Shown: positions 13,680-26,300 of the stretch, one piece after another
Layout of the letters: each line of letters starts with the position of its first letter
How positions within the stretch are numbered: position 1 is the first letter of the stretch
Assembly: GCA_964057225.1 (NCBI GenBank)
Contig: OZ059895.1
Location: forward strand, 8,184,001 to 8,248,000
DNA: 64,000 nt
Source of the DNA: Auanema rhodensis
Lineage: Eukaryota; Animalia; Nematoda
Reading direction: 5' to 3'
Translations under genes and position numbers: made by a program
The notes under the pieces: model-generated
What the model was told of the DNA's origin: nothing
What the model saw: only the letters and a program-made list of their open reading frames with translations
Databases searched by the model: none

Positions 13680-15279
13680 TTATGATTTGCTGTTAGGAAT
13701 AGCCGGAGCATTAATACATAGTATATCCTTCATTTCCTAAATTAAATAGATTTTTTTTAATTATAAAAAATAACACTACCCGCCACTCCAATGAGGAAAA
13801 GGATAAAATAGATTGATGAGATACAACAGAGGATTTAGGGTTATCGCTGATATATCTTTTCTCAGATTCTGATAATTTCACTGAAATTACGAATAATGTT
13901 GTGCGTTTTGATGAGAAACTTCTACCTAGTACAGGTAGCCCATCTACAATATCAATTTTGACTCTACCATCTTTTACTAAGAAAGAGACATAAAACATAT
14001 TTTCGATCTGAAAATAAATTCAACATAAGCAAATCTAGAAAAATGAGATACCGTCTTAGGAAAATCGTTGGGATCAATTACAAATGAATAGTAATCTATC
14101 TTATCACGTTGTTGATCATGGAATGCCCTTTTCAATGCTTTGCTCACAAGAGCCAACTAGAAAATCAAATAAACTTTAATTGTAAACTTGTGATTATTTA
14201 CCTCTTTACTGACAGCAACTTCATCATTATTATCTTCTATATCTTCCCGTTGACGAACTACAATCCGAGCCTCTTTTTCTTCCTAATAAAAGTATAATAT
14301 TCAACTATATGTTAGACAAAACCAACCCTTTTCGCTTTTTGTTTTCTTTCTTTATGCTGAGTCGGTAATACTTCTTCTTCTTTGATGAGAGGCCGTCTGA
14401 ATTAACCATTTTTTAGACTTTTGAAAACAAAAGATATATTTACAGATAAAAGAACCCGGGAGGATTACGTAAAACATTTCCTAGATTTTTGCCTATAAAG
14501 GACCATTCTCGTTTGCTCATCTGAACCGTAATGATTAATATTAATTATTTTTCTGTAACTTACCGAATAGTCAACTTCAATGTTTCTTCGATCAATGTCA
14601 TCATCAGAATCATCGGATTCTTCAACCATAAGTGGGTTTGCCCTTCGATCATTTCTGCTTGCAAGTTCTATTCCCTCTTGCGCATACCTTCTCTTAAACA
14701 TTCTTTATACAAAGTTATTGAAGAATATTTGAACCATTCTCAAGGCATAGGTTGGAAGATGTAAAACTCTTGATGAATTTTGCAACGAAATACTCGTCAA
14801 CTGCTTCAACAAAACTTTTCCTGCGGTCTGCAGAACATTGGCATCATTGCACAGTTGTTTAGAATCTCCAGATTCCCGAACCTACATAGCATAATATTAT
14901 ATGGATGCTGTTTAAGATATACAATTTTACCTTTTTAAAAAGTGTATCAGCTTCTATTAAGGCTTCATTTACTTTTTCCACAAGTAATTCATCTACATTT
15001 GTAGTTTGTTCGCTTTCATCTACCAAAACTAACATAGTTAAAGCTGATAAAAGAGTTAACTACCTTCAATTCCCTTAGCTATACTTTCATATGTTTCTCT
15101 TATCTTAGCTCCTTGCTTGAGTCTAAGTCTCGGATGCTGCTTATTGAGCCTCTCATTAATTTCTTGCGCCTCCTTTCTCTATAAAATATATCGCTTTAAA
15201 AAAAAATATATAGTATGCTAACTCGATAAGTTGATCTGTCATCATCTTCATGTTCCTCATTTCTTACTTCCTCCGTCAT
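13680..15279 (-). CDS. nse-4: Nse4/EID kleisin subunit of the SMC5/6 complex
   Basis: N-terminal EALIEADTLFKKVRESGDSKQLCNDANVL, central WSFIGKNLGNVLRNPPGFFYL, C-terminal [25 protein letters not shown]...HQSILSFSSLEW; these are Nse4 family motifs; stop TAA at 13680. Confidence 0.88.
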
Positions 15280-15924
15280 ATCATAACTAAACACCGAAAA
15301 ATCAGGGCAATCAAGGTTTTAAGTATACCAGAGAGTTACATATAAGTTGAACAAAACATTATAAAACATATTTAAATCAAATACACTTAGACTAACAAGA
15401 ATTTTTTCACGGATGCTCATCGTTTCATTGCTTTTTTCTGCAAATTTAAATTCGAATTCAAACAATTTCAAAGGATGGTTTTGAAACATATTTGAACAGC
15501 ATTGTTCGTCGTGTTATTAAAAACCAATCCGCAGTTGGAAGTCGTTACTTATTTTAATCGACGTCATACAATATAAGCTGACATGTCTTAACAGAAATTG
15601 AAACTTTTTTATTGAGAATAATATGGATCAAATTTTGCAGTCTTTTTGCGATTGTTACGGTCAACAATTATATTGTTCTTGAGTCTCCTTATTTCATTAT
15701 TAGTCTTAAGCTGATACTTTTTATAGACCTACAGATTCTGTTACTCATTCATATACCGTAGGCATATGAACAGAGAAAAAGAGACATATCCATGGAGTAG
15801 AAGAGATAGGTTAAGAATGAGAGAACAAGTTATACAGAGTGTCACAGAACTGTTTGCCAATTGAGATTCGTCTACTTTGACCAAGTCGCGTTGTGTAAAT
15901 ATAAATGGTCCGCGCGGCACCATC

Positions 15925-15940
15925 ATTGGTGCTTACGTGG
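15925..15940 (+). promoter_or_regulatory. UPRE/ERSE-like element (ATTGG...TTACGTGG) in the nse-4/dnj-27 divergent promoter
   Basis: ACGTGG core (XBP-1/ATF6 type) and an inverted CCAAT about 95-110 bp upstream of the dnj-27 ATG; spacing and orientation are not a canonical ERSE. Confidence 0.35.
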
Positions 15941-16034
15941 ACATTTTTCTTCTCCTTTGGCTTTCTGTTCATTTTCTTCAATTTTTTTGAGTTAATACAT
16001 TGTACTCTTAGACATTTTTGATAATTTCAGAGTA

Positions 16035-19000
16035 ATGAAACTATTACCCCTTTTATTATGTCTAGTCCTACATGTCTTATCAGAAGAAGACTATTACAAG
16101 TTACTAGGGATAGAAAGAGATGCAGATGATCGAACTATTAGGAAAGCTTTCAAAAAAGCAGCTCTACTCAAACATCCAGATAAGAATCCGGTAATTTTTC
16201 TCTATTTCTCATTTTATTATTTAAATGCCTGTATAGGATGATCCAGATGCTCACGCAGAGTTTGTTAGAATTAACAAAGCTTACGAGGTTTTGAAGGATG
16301 AAGAGCTTAGGAAAAAATATGATCAATATGGTGAAAAGGGGTTAGAAGATGGATTCCAGGTTGATATTTCAATACGTTTTCCTTATTTATCCTTTTTTCC
16401 AGGGGGGTAACAACTATCAAAGTTGGCAATTCTATAACGATAACTTTGGTTTGTATCATATAGTAAAGTAATTCTTCAGTGAAATATTTAGGTATTTATG
16501 ATGATGATCAGGAAATAGTCACATTGAATAGAGCTGATTTCCAACGATTAGTCTCAGATTCAAATGAGATTTGGTTTATCAATTTCTACTCGACTTACTG
16601 TTCTCATTGCCATCAACTTGCTCCAACTGTAATTCTTTTTTTATTTTGAAATTCCTAAATTTGAAATTCAGTGGAGAAAGTTTGCTAGTCAAATGGAAGG
16701 AACAATCCGTGTTGGAGCTGTTAATTGTGCAGAAGATCCTATGCTTTGCCAGTCTCAACGTGTTGGAGCTTATCCATCTTTGGTCTTTTATCCAACAGTA
16801 TGCCAATGTTATATCTTTTCAAACTATATCTTGTTTTAAGGGGGAATTCTACAAAGGTCCAAGAGAGGTTGAACATCTTGTTGATTTTATCATGTCGCGA
16901 TTGAAATCTGAAGTTCTTCATTTGGATTCTGAAAATGTTGAAGCTCTAAGTAATGATTGGGAGCCATACAACTCTCGTCCATGGATTATTGACTTTTGTG
17001 ATGAAATGGAAGCTTGTTTGAACTCAAATAATAGGTGCTTGATTATATTGATTTGGTTTTACTTTTCCATATTCAGAAGAAAATTATCTTCAATGCTTGA
17101 CGGACTTGTTAATGTTGGAACTATTGATTGTACAAGAGATGGACAAAAGAAGCTGTGTGAAGAACTAGGCCATTTAGAAGGAGTTGCTTTTTACCCAGTT
17201 GGTGAAATTAAAAAAGGAAAAGAACAGGTAAAATGAAATTTTTCTAGTATAAGCTTTAAAGTATTCAAATTAGGTTATTGAGTCACTTGATCCTAAAGAA
17301 ATTTCTGAGAAGGCTATAGGGTTTTTGGATGGTTTAGATGAAATTGAAGAGAAAGAGTTAGATGAACTTTTCGGTTTGCTTCGTTTTTAAGCTGTATACA
17401 ATTTATAATTTTTAGCGGCTACCGATGTAGAGTTTGCTACTGCTGCTTGGTTTATCCCTAACACAAACATCTTGGATGAATATAAAGATTATCGACGCCT
17501 CCCAGCTATGTTCAATAACGTTAAAGTAAGAAATATCTCCATTTTTGTATATAAAACGTTTTTATCTATAGATAGGATATGTTGATTGTTCCGTTCACAA
17601 GGAGATTTGCAATCATCATTTAGATATAACAAAACTTCCTCAACTTATGGTCTTTAAGACTACTGGTGGTTTTGAAATTGACTATGGTATTTAAATAATT
17701 TTTAAATAGAATTTGTTATAATATTTGATGATTTAGTAAATAAGAAAGGATTCCGTGATGCTGCAGCCTTTATCCGAGAATCTGGTGCTTCACCGTTACA
17801 TTCACTTGATGAACATAGCTATTATGAAGCAGTAAATGGAAACGAAATGTGGATTGTCGATTATTTCGCACCTGTTAGAAAGTTTAAACAGTTAATTTAT
17901 AATTTATTTTTCGATTTAGTGGTGCCCACCATGTATGAAGTTAATGGCCGAGTATCGTCGATTCCATGCTACTGTTGCTCAATCAGAAGACGTTGTTGCT
18001 AAAGTAAACATTGGAACTCTTGATTGTCAAAAATACCAGCACATTTGTCAAAATGCTGGAGTACAAAGGTTTTGTTATTGATATTAATTGAAAATGGTTA
18101 CGAATTATTCCAGTTATCCCACTAGTATTCTTTATACTAATGATGGAAAACAACATCGTATGGTCGGATTCCATGGAGTCCAAGCTGTTATTGATTTCAT
18201 TGATGTGAGACTTATCTAATGCTTTTTGTGCCTAGTTTTAATTTTTTAGAATGCTTTAAATCCTGCAGTAGATGAGTTAACTCCCGAACTCTTCGTTGAG
18301 CAAGTGACCAATCGTGCTGATGATGAGACCTGGGTCGTCGATTTCTTTGCTCCATGGTGTGGGCCTTGTCAACAAGTACAGTTCGAAAATACTTCGATTA
18401 GTTCTAAAAATTATTTCAGTTGGCACCAGAACTTCAGAAAGCTGCTCGTAGCTTAAGAGAATTTGATTCTCGTGTAAAGATAGGATCTGTTGATTGTCAG
18501 GTACAAGGGATTCATGGAAAATAATATAAATAATACAAATATTTAGGCTTACTCAGATTTTTGTCGTAAGCAAATGGTTGCATCTTACCCACTGGTTAGA
18601 CTTTATCCAGCTAAATCTGAAAAAATTAAGAGAGCTGCTTATTAGTAAGTTTCAAGACTTTCACTACTCGACGAATGTACTTATTTTTAGTGAATACCCA
18701 CAGAATATGTGGAGAAATGCTGATTCTATCGAGCGTTGGGTATTCGGAATGCTTCCATCTCTTGTAACTAATTTAGGAAATGAGTATTGGACTACAGTAT
18801 GATTTACAAATTACAAGACATAGACATTTTTTTAAATTTAGGTTTTGGACTCCGATGAGGCTTGGATGGTTGACTTCTATGCTCCTTGGTGTGGACACTG
18901 TGTTCAATTCGCTCCTGTGTATGAACAAATTGCAAAGGTATTTCTATATGTGTACAAGCTTATATGTTCTTACATTCTCTGTTTCAGGCTCTTAATGGAA

Positions 19001-19212
19001 AAGTTAATCTCGCTAAGGTTGATTGTGATCAATGGCCTGGCGTATGCCAAGGTGCTCAAGTTCGTGCTTATCCTACAGTACGCTTGTACCTAGGACGCAA
19101 AAATGGAAAACGCCAAAATGTTCATGGAATCGGGCTTCAATCACAGGATAAAAATATGATTCTTAATATTGTCTCTCAGCATTTACCTTCTGTAAACCAC
19201 GATGAATTGTAA
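16035..19212 (+). CDS. dnj-27: ERdj5/DNAJC10: ER J-domain, thioredoxin-repeat reductase
   Basis: Signal peptide, J domain with HPD, four CXXC motifs (CSHC, CPPC, CGPC, CGHC) and C-terminal HDEL*. Confidence 0.97.
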
Positions 19213-19772
19213 AATAGCGCTATTTATAATCACTTTGAACTATCAAACTATAGTGCCTTTTGAATGTTATTGTTAAGTGATCTTCATTACAGGTGTAACC
19301 TATTCTGCATTATTTTCTTGTAACATGCATATTAATTTATTACCTTTTTCGCAATGAATCAATTTACTTTTTCGTTCGGTTTTTAAGAATTTATAGAACA
19401 GAAAACAAGATATGTGAAAAAGAAAAAAAGTGAAAGGTGTTATCTTTTTAAGTCAATTATTATCAAAGACGTTTAACCGATTAACATTGTTCTTTTGTGT
19501 CGTTTTTGTTCAGCAATGCTGCTTTTGTTACAATTATAATTGTTGAAAGAGCTTTCTATAACCTATAAACCTTGAAGAAAAGCATTTTCTGTCGTGAGGC
19601 CCAAAATATGTGCACATATGGCTTACCTACTATATTTGAACAGACATTTTTGTTTCGACCATATTCAAATTTTTCCAGCTTTGTATACTAATGTTTTATT
19701 TTTTATTATTAAATTTTATTAATACTAAATCATATTTCAGATAACATTATATATTATTTTTATTAGTGATTA

Positions 19773-21963
19773 ATGAGCACTGATGTTGATTCTGTATATT
19801 CCTGTGATGATGATTGGATATATGAATTCAAAGTAATTTATTGTCATGTGTCTATTAATATTAATTTTCCATATTAATATTTAGAAAGTAGGAAAAAATA
19901 AAAAATGGTTTTATGATGTTTCATTAACAGTAGCTAAGAAAAAACTTTTTCGATTTGTATTTCTGTACAGGTGACTAATATTATTTATCTTATGGTTTAA
20001 TATATTCATTTGAGACTTTTTATCTGGTTTCTCCAATTTCTGTTTAACAGTTGGGATTTTTCTACTGATGCATTCAAAGGCATTCCTGTTAACCGAGGTT
20101 TGTTTTATTATTCTTGAAGTTTTTTATTTTTTTATTCAGCAAATATTTCTTTTCTGGACTCATCAGTACTGAGTGCATTTCAAGGGTTTTATCGATGGGA
20201 TGCTATTCATTTTGTTCACATTGCCGAATATGGTTATACAAGTGAAAATAGTTTAGCTTTTTTTCCTTTATTACCAGTTTTATTGAGGTTTTTTCTTTAT
20301 TCTTATTATTGATAAATCAGTTTTTTTTAGACAATTAGCTACTCCGGTTTCTTTGATTTTAAACTTCCAAGTATCTTGTATTTTAGTTGGTTCCCTTGTG
20401 AATTTGGTAATTATATTTTATAATGGAAGTATCTAATGAATATATTTAAGATTTTATTTTGCATTTCTGCTCGTATTCTGTTTTTTATTGTAAAAACGGT
20501 TACGAATTCAGATAAACAAGCAGTAATTTCAACCATCTTATTTGCTGTCAATCCTGCAAGTATATTTTTCTCGGCAATTTATACAGAAACAGTATGTTGA
20601 ATTTTGAATTTGTTTGTTGAATTTTATTGTTTAGGTGTATTCCTTTCTTACATTTTCCGGAATAGCTTTACTTCTTTACTCAAAATCACATTTCTTTTTA
20701 CGTTTTTCATTGGCATCAACCGTTTTTGCCCTCAGTTATCTCACTAGGTATACTTTTTTATTTTATTATTAAAGATTTTTCAATTTGCTGTTCAGAAGTA
20801 ATGGTATTATGAACATTGGGTACCTATGGTTTTATTCTGTGCTTGAGTTTTTATGTGTTGTTGTTACAAAGGAAAAGGATGAAGATGAAATTATTAAGAA
20901 GACTATAATATTTAAAAAAGGGAAAATAGTTACCGGAGTTTATGTTAGTTTATAATATTTATATATTAGTATTATATAGCTTTTAGATCTTTTCTTGTAC
21001 CATTATACTAACTATCGCCATGATTTATATTTGGCTCCCTCTTCATGTTTTTAGCGAACATCAAAGAACTAGATTCTGTACTGTAGGTTTGTCTCTTTTT
21101 CTAAAAAAAAAAACATTATGTATTGTTGACATTATAGAATCAGTTAGTATGGTTTCTCCACATCTGAGAAAATTAGCTAAAAATTCTCAGGTAGCTTTAA
21201 TGGGAGAAATAAGCTCGTTATCATGGTGCAAGTAGGTATTTTCTTCTTCAACATAAAACATCAAATAATTTAGTGAACCATTTGGCTTATTTCCTCCATT
21301 TTACAAAGCAATTCAATTGAAATATTGGGATGTTGGTTTCATGAAATATTGGATGGTTTGTTGCTTCTTCTTTTTTTTCAATTGTGATCGATTTCTTTAG
21401 TTTTCAAAGCTCCACTGTTTTTTGATGGCTGTCCCAACACTTCTATTGATATCATATGGTGTTTATCAAACATTTTTGATTGTTATGAGCAATGGGTTTA
21501 TAACAATTAAAGTTTTGAATATGATTTTATATTATTTCAGCATAATAAAAACATTAGTTGAACAAAATGGAAGTTTAATACCGTATGCTATTCATAGTTC
21601 AATCATAGGGCTTAGTGCTTTATTCATGTTCAACACGGAGGTAATACTTAATTTTCGATCATATTTTATAAATCTTATGCTAGGTTGTAACTCGAATGAT
21701 ATTTTCTTCTTCTCCATTTCCTTACTTAGTGTTAGCAAAGTGGATGGATACTCGTACACCCCAGGTTAGTTTAGTATTATAGTTGTTTTTTTAAATTTTG
21801 ATACATTTAGGCGAAACTCTCGGATATATTACATCCAGATTTTTTACCATTTTTATCTTATTTCTCTTGGAAAGGTGTTCCAGAATTTTTAGTTTATTTA
21901 TTTTTCTTATCATATTCAATTCTTGGAACTACAATGCATTCAATGTTTCTACCATTTACATAA
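19773..21963 (+). CDS. pigv-1: GPI mannosyltransferase II (PIG-V)
   Basis: Spliced product contains RWDAIHFVHIAEYGYTSENSLAFFP, NPASIFFSAIYTE, RSNG, IQLKYWDVGFMKYW and ends HSMFLPFT*. Confidence 0.93.
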
Positions 21964-22529
21964 ATTTACAAAAATTAAAATGAAAAATGGTATATAGATA
22001 TCATAAATGACATATAAGTCAGTTTTAATTAATTTTTCTTATGCCAAATTTCTTTTTTCTTTTCAAAATGCGATATATTCCTGAAACTTAAGAAATATCT
22101 TTAAAATGCCTATGACTTTAATTTGATCTACTTATATATTTCAAAAAATAATATTCTTCAAGTCTTTTTCAATACGTGTATTTTATTTATTAAAATGTAT
22201 AAATTATCATTTCTTCAAATTAAAAATATTTTCTTTTATAAATGACATCATTGATTTTTCAGTTTAAAATTTTTCATATATTACTCACAAAAGGTTTACT
22301 CTAGAGACATGAATGACATCTCAATTCGTATATAAGTCATAGTCTTTGAGCAAAAAAAATGTTGAAGATATGTCTAATGTTCATATGTGTCCAATTCGAA
22401 ATCTAATATTTATGTACAAATAAAATTCCAGGAAACCTTACGAATCACACATATATGCTAGATATAATAGCTGCACACCCGATCGAAATTTTTGAGCAAA
22501 AATCGAAGCTTATACTGAGAATAGGAAGA

Positions 22530-23376
22530 TCAAGCATTAGATGGTCTCCTTGAGCCAAAATCTGGGTCTAAAAAAAGCAATAATGCAAGTTGGGTATGAA
22601 TATCTTCTATTCATCTTGTGATGAATGTATAATTACCTATCATTCCAGCTTGAATTAAAGAAGCACGTCGTTGTTTCAATCGGGCATACGATGATTCATA
22701 TCGTATGCCACGAACGACTAAATATATACAATATACAAGGAAAATAGTGAGGAATAGCATTGCAAATACAAGCAACACTAATCTCAAAGCCATTTGTGGT
22801 CCCGCAACCTAAAATTTTAAAAATATCTTGTCTGATGCTGTTGAGATACCGTTGAACTAGGTGAAGCTAGAGAAGTTGATCTTGGCGGGGGAGTAGATTC
22901 ATCATGTGGTGAGACGACAGTTGAAACACCAAAAGCCTGCATATGACTACATATTTCAAAGGTCATTTTAAAAATAAAAATAAGTTAAAAATAACAGAAA
23001 ACATTGAAGATGAAGCATTTAAGATATTTACAAACCTGAACAAAGATGATAAGTAAACCTCTGGAAACCAATGATGGATACATAAGAGTTGGCTGATGCC
23101 GATAAACAGCATAAATTAACAATGCTGATGTTACAGCCATAGTAAGCATTACAATAATTAAAGAAATTTCAAACCATGTTGGATTCTAAATCAAATTATA
23201 TTTCTATAAGTATTAAAGATCGAAAACTATACATCTACACTGTGAGTCATATGATAAGCTGTACAGCTGGCTATAATAGTTGATATGGCTACTTCAAAAG
23301 AAGCTAAAACTTGTAATCCGGAGGGAAGTGAGCAGCAGCAGCATTTCCATTTTGAGCTATGAGGATCAAAATCCAT
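22530..23376 (-). CDS. Nematode multi-pass (3-4 TM) LAPTM/tetraspanin-like membrane protein
   Basis: Five exons: MDFDPHSSKWKCCCCSL..., helices, AVYRHQPTLMYP, last helix followed by basic RLKQRRASL, ends DFGSRRPSNA*; TTCAG immediately before the ATG. Family inferred from the Cys cluster and helix pattern. Confidence 0.8.
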
Positions 23377-26300
23377 CTGAATATCAGTTATTAAACTGTT
23401 TAAAAGGAACAAAAAAAGTATGAAAGATGTTATAAATTTTATGAAAATGCTTGAAAAATTAAAGAAATTAAAAAAATGTGTAGAAACTGAGGGTAAACTT
23501 CTTCAGCTGACTGAAATGTAAACGTTATAGTTTCTTCTTGTGAATGAATCAGCGGATTAGAGGAGATAAACAGCTGTTATGATTCTTCTTGTGTTTCTCA
23601 CTCATTTGAGACATCATAGCTATCGTGTTATATACAATAAAAGTTTTTATAATAAAATCTTTTTTCTCTTTTTATTAATAAAATTCAGAAAAAAAATTCA
23701 ATTTAAAGGAATATTTACGTTGAAGGCAAAAAAATAAGAGAAAAATAAAAAAAATCATTGAAATAATATACAAATATTTTGATAGATTACGCTTTCAAGA
23801 AAAAAAATGCAAAGAATCAACTGATTTTCGTGTAAATCAGTCATTCAGATATTTATTTCTTTTATTAGATTTTTATACAGCTGTTACATTGGCAATAAAC
23901 GAAATATACGACAAAAATGTTTTCAAACAGACTTAAATTATAAAAAAATTGAAAAAAATTTCGGTTAAAGACTAAATTGGAAATGTGAACTAAGAGAGAG
24001 TAAGATGAACTAAGTTTTGAAGACGAGAGCAGAAAGAGAAAAGATTGAAGTAAAGTTGTCTCCACGGCGCGCAAAACTGAATTATGAATGTTTTAGGATT
24101 AAGATGATTCTGACGCAATTTTATGAATTTTGATTGTTTATACGGAAAACAAATTGTCAAAATGATAAAAAAAACGAAAATTTGAAGTTTGTTGTCGAAG
24201 AATTGAAAGAAACTAGTAAAGGCTATGTAAAAAAATTTTTTTTTTGAAAATCGACAACTGGAGCAGCCTGCCACAAATCTCAAAATAAAAAAAAAGGGAA
24301 TAGTTCAAAAGGTTAAGTTCATTTATCATCAAAATTTATTTTGTTGAGCTTTATCTTAAGAAATTTAATGAAAAAAGCAAATCTTTTGAAAACAGAAAAA
24401 TGTTCAAAATGAGGAAAACGGGAGTATGTTCATCACATCTGATCAGGTCAACGCTTCGGATATCTTTGATATTTTGATCAGCGACATCCAGTGAGAATGA
24501 GCAATCAAAAGAATTTTCGAACAAAAAATCTGTCGTTCGATGACAAAGAACGGCTACTAAAGTTAAATTAACGCAAGGATAGATTGGGAGAAGAGAGGGA
24601 GAGAGAGAGCGCGCGAGAAGAAGAGAGAGAGGGAGAGAAGGGGAAAGAAGAGAGGGAGTAATATATTGAGACACTGAAAAGAGGGAGATGATGGAGATTG
24701 AACTAGAGAGAGATAGGTTGAGAAGGAGACATGTATAAAGAGACATAGAAAGAATACTAGAAGAGCCTTACTCCATCCTTCCCTGCTCCTCTTCTCTTCA
24801 CCCTGCGGCTATAGTTTTCTACATCTCTCAATCTCTCTACTTCAGAACACATGAATAATGGCAACAGATGTCTCTCTCTCTTTTTCTCTCTGTTGCTTCT
24901 CTCTCTCTCTTTCTGTATCTCTTTCTCTTTTCCAGTGTTTTGCTCTCCCTATTGGTCTTTTTGCTTCTTTAGATATATTGCTCTTTTCTATTCTCTCTCT
25001 CTCTCTCTTTCTCTCACTCTTTCTCTCTCTCTCCTTATCTTTCTCTCTTTCTTCGTCTTTTCTATCCTTTTCGCATGGTTTTAGTTCACACGAGGCATCT
25101 CAGCAACAAAAGGTGGAATTTATTCTAACGTGAATATGTGAGAACTTTTAACGACGACGACATGAGCAAAATGAACTTTAGATGATTGAGAATAATGTTA
25201 TATTGTTTTTATTGAAATTGAATAGTTTTTATAATTTATTCTTTTTCTATCGAACTATATTATATTCAAACTTTATAAAAAAGAATCATATTCATATGAC
25301 TTTCATACATCTTAGCAGCTTTATAAGATATCGACTGTTTGCATTTGATCGACAACCAATTTCTTTCTCGAGAGCTTTACTACGGTCTGGTGGCTTTTTG
25401 GCTAGCCGATGACAAAGAGACAAAAGGATAGATAAAGCGTTGCCAACAATGCGAGAGATTCAACACCTCTGAAGCTACTCTGATCATCGTACTCATCCCA
25501 CTCATCCTCATCATCCGCCTTCTCATCATCATAGCCATCTTGAACGAAAATCATGTGGAAATTTGGGAACCATGAACCACTAGCACCAGTTGTTCTAATT
25601 ATAAGGAAGAAATTATAATAATATTTAATAAAAAAATAAAAATATACATATAGATAGTAATAGTAATAAATATATAAATATTATATGATATGGTTAACTA
25701 TTATTTATTTTAAATTAAAATACAAATTATGTATCAATACTCTACAGCAATAGTAATATTAGAAATTGAAGAATATGCTTGAGAGTGGAAAACTTTTTTT
25801 TTTGCATAAAAACTTTGTGTGACAGACTGAGTTTTAGTTTTTATCTTAAAATGTGCCTTTAAGCAACAAACAATATCAGAATGAGTGACAGAAAAGGCAA
25901 CAAACAAACAAAAACTTGAATTTTCTTAAAGAGTAATTCAAGTTTGAAGTTTTCTTTTCCTTGAAACTTTGCAGTGCTCTTCCTGCTTTCAGTTCTTAAG
26001 GACAACAGAAAGAAAAGCCATTTTAATGTTTGAAGCAATCATAAAATTTATAAATAATAACAAAAAAAACAAAAAAAAGGGACTAAGTTTCATATTCGGA
26101 TGACATATTCTACTTCAATGTATGTTTATGGTCAGGTTGTTGTTATAGTAAACCTTAGAAAATTTCTCTACTCTCATGTCTAAACCGGAAATGAAACCTA
26201 ACATTAAAACTTAAATTAAGCAAATTTGATGCTGATGCTAAAAGCTCTTTTGAACTATGTTTGACAATTTGGTTGGTGGTTTGAGGCAGTTCCCTTCAAG

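Noticed and set aside
15830-15950. H/ACA snoRNA-like layout (ATATAA box, hairpin, ACA-TTT)
   Set aside because: No pseudouridylation pocket 14-16 nt from the ACA, and the 5' hairpin pairs poorly.
25912-25945. Short inverted repeats (here, and at about 10528, 10890, 30018 and 38423)
   Set aside because: Stems of 8-11 bp in AT-rich DNA; too short for MITE ends, with no target-site duplication or second copy.
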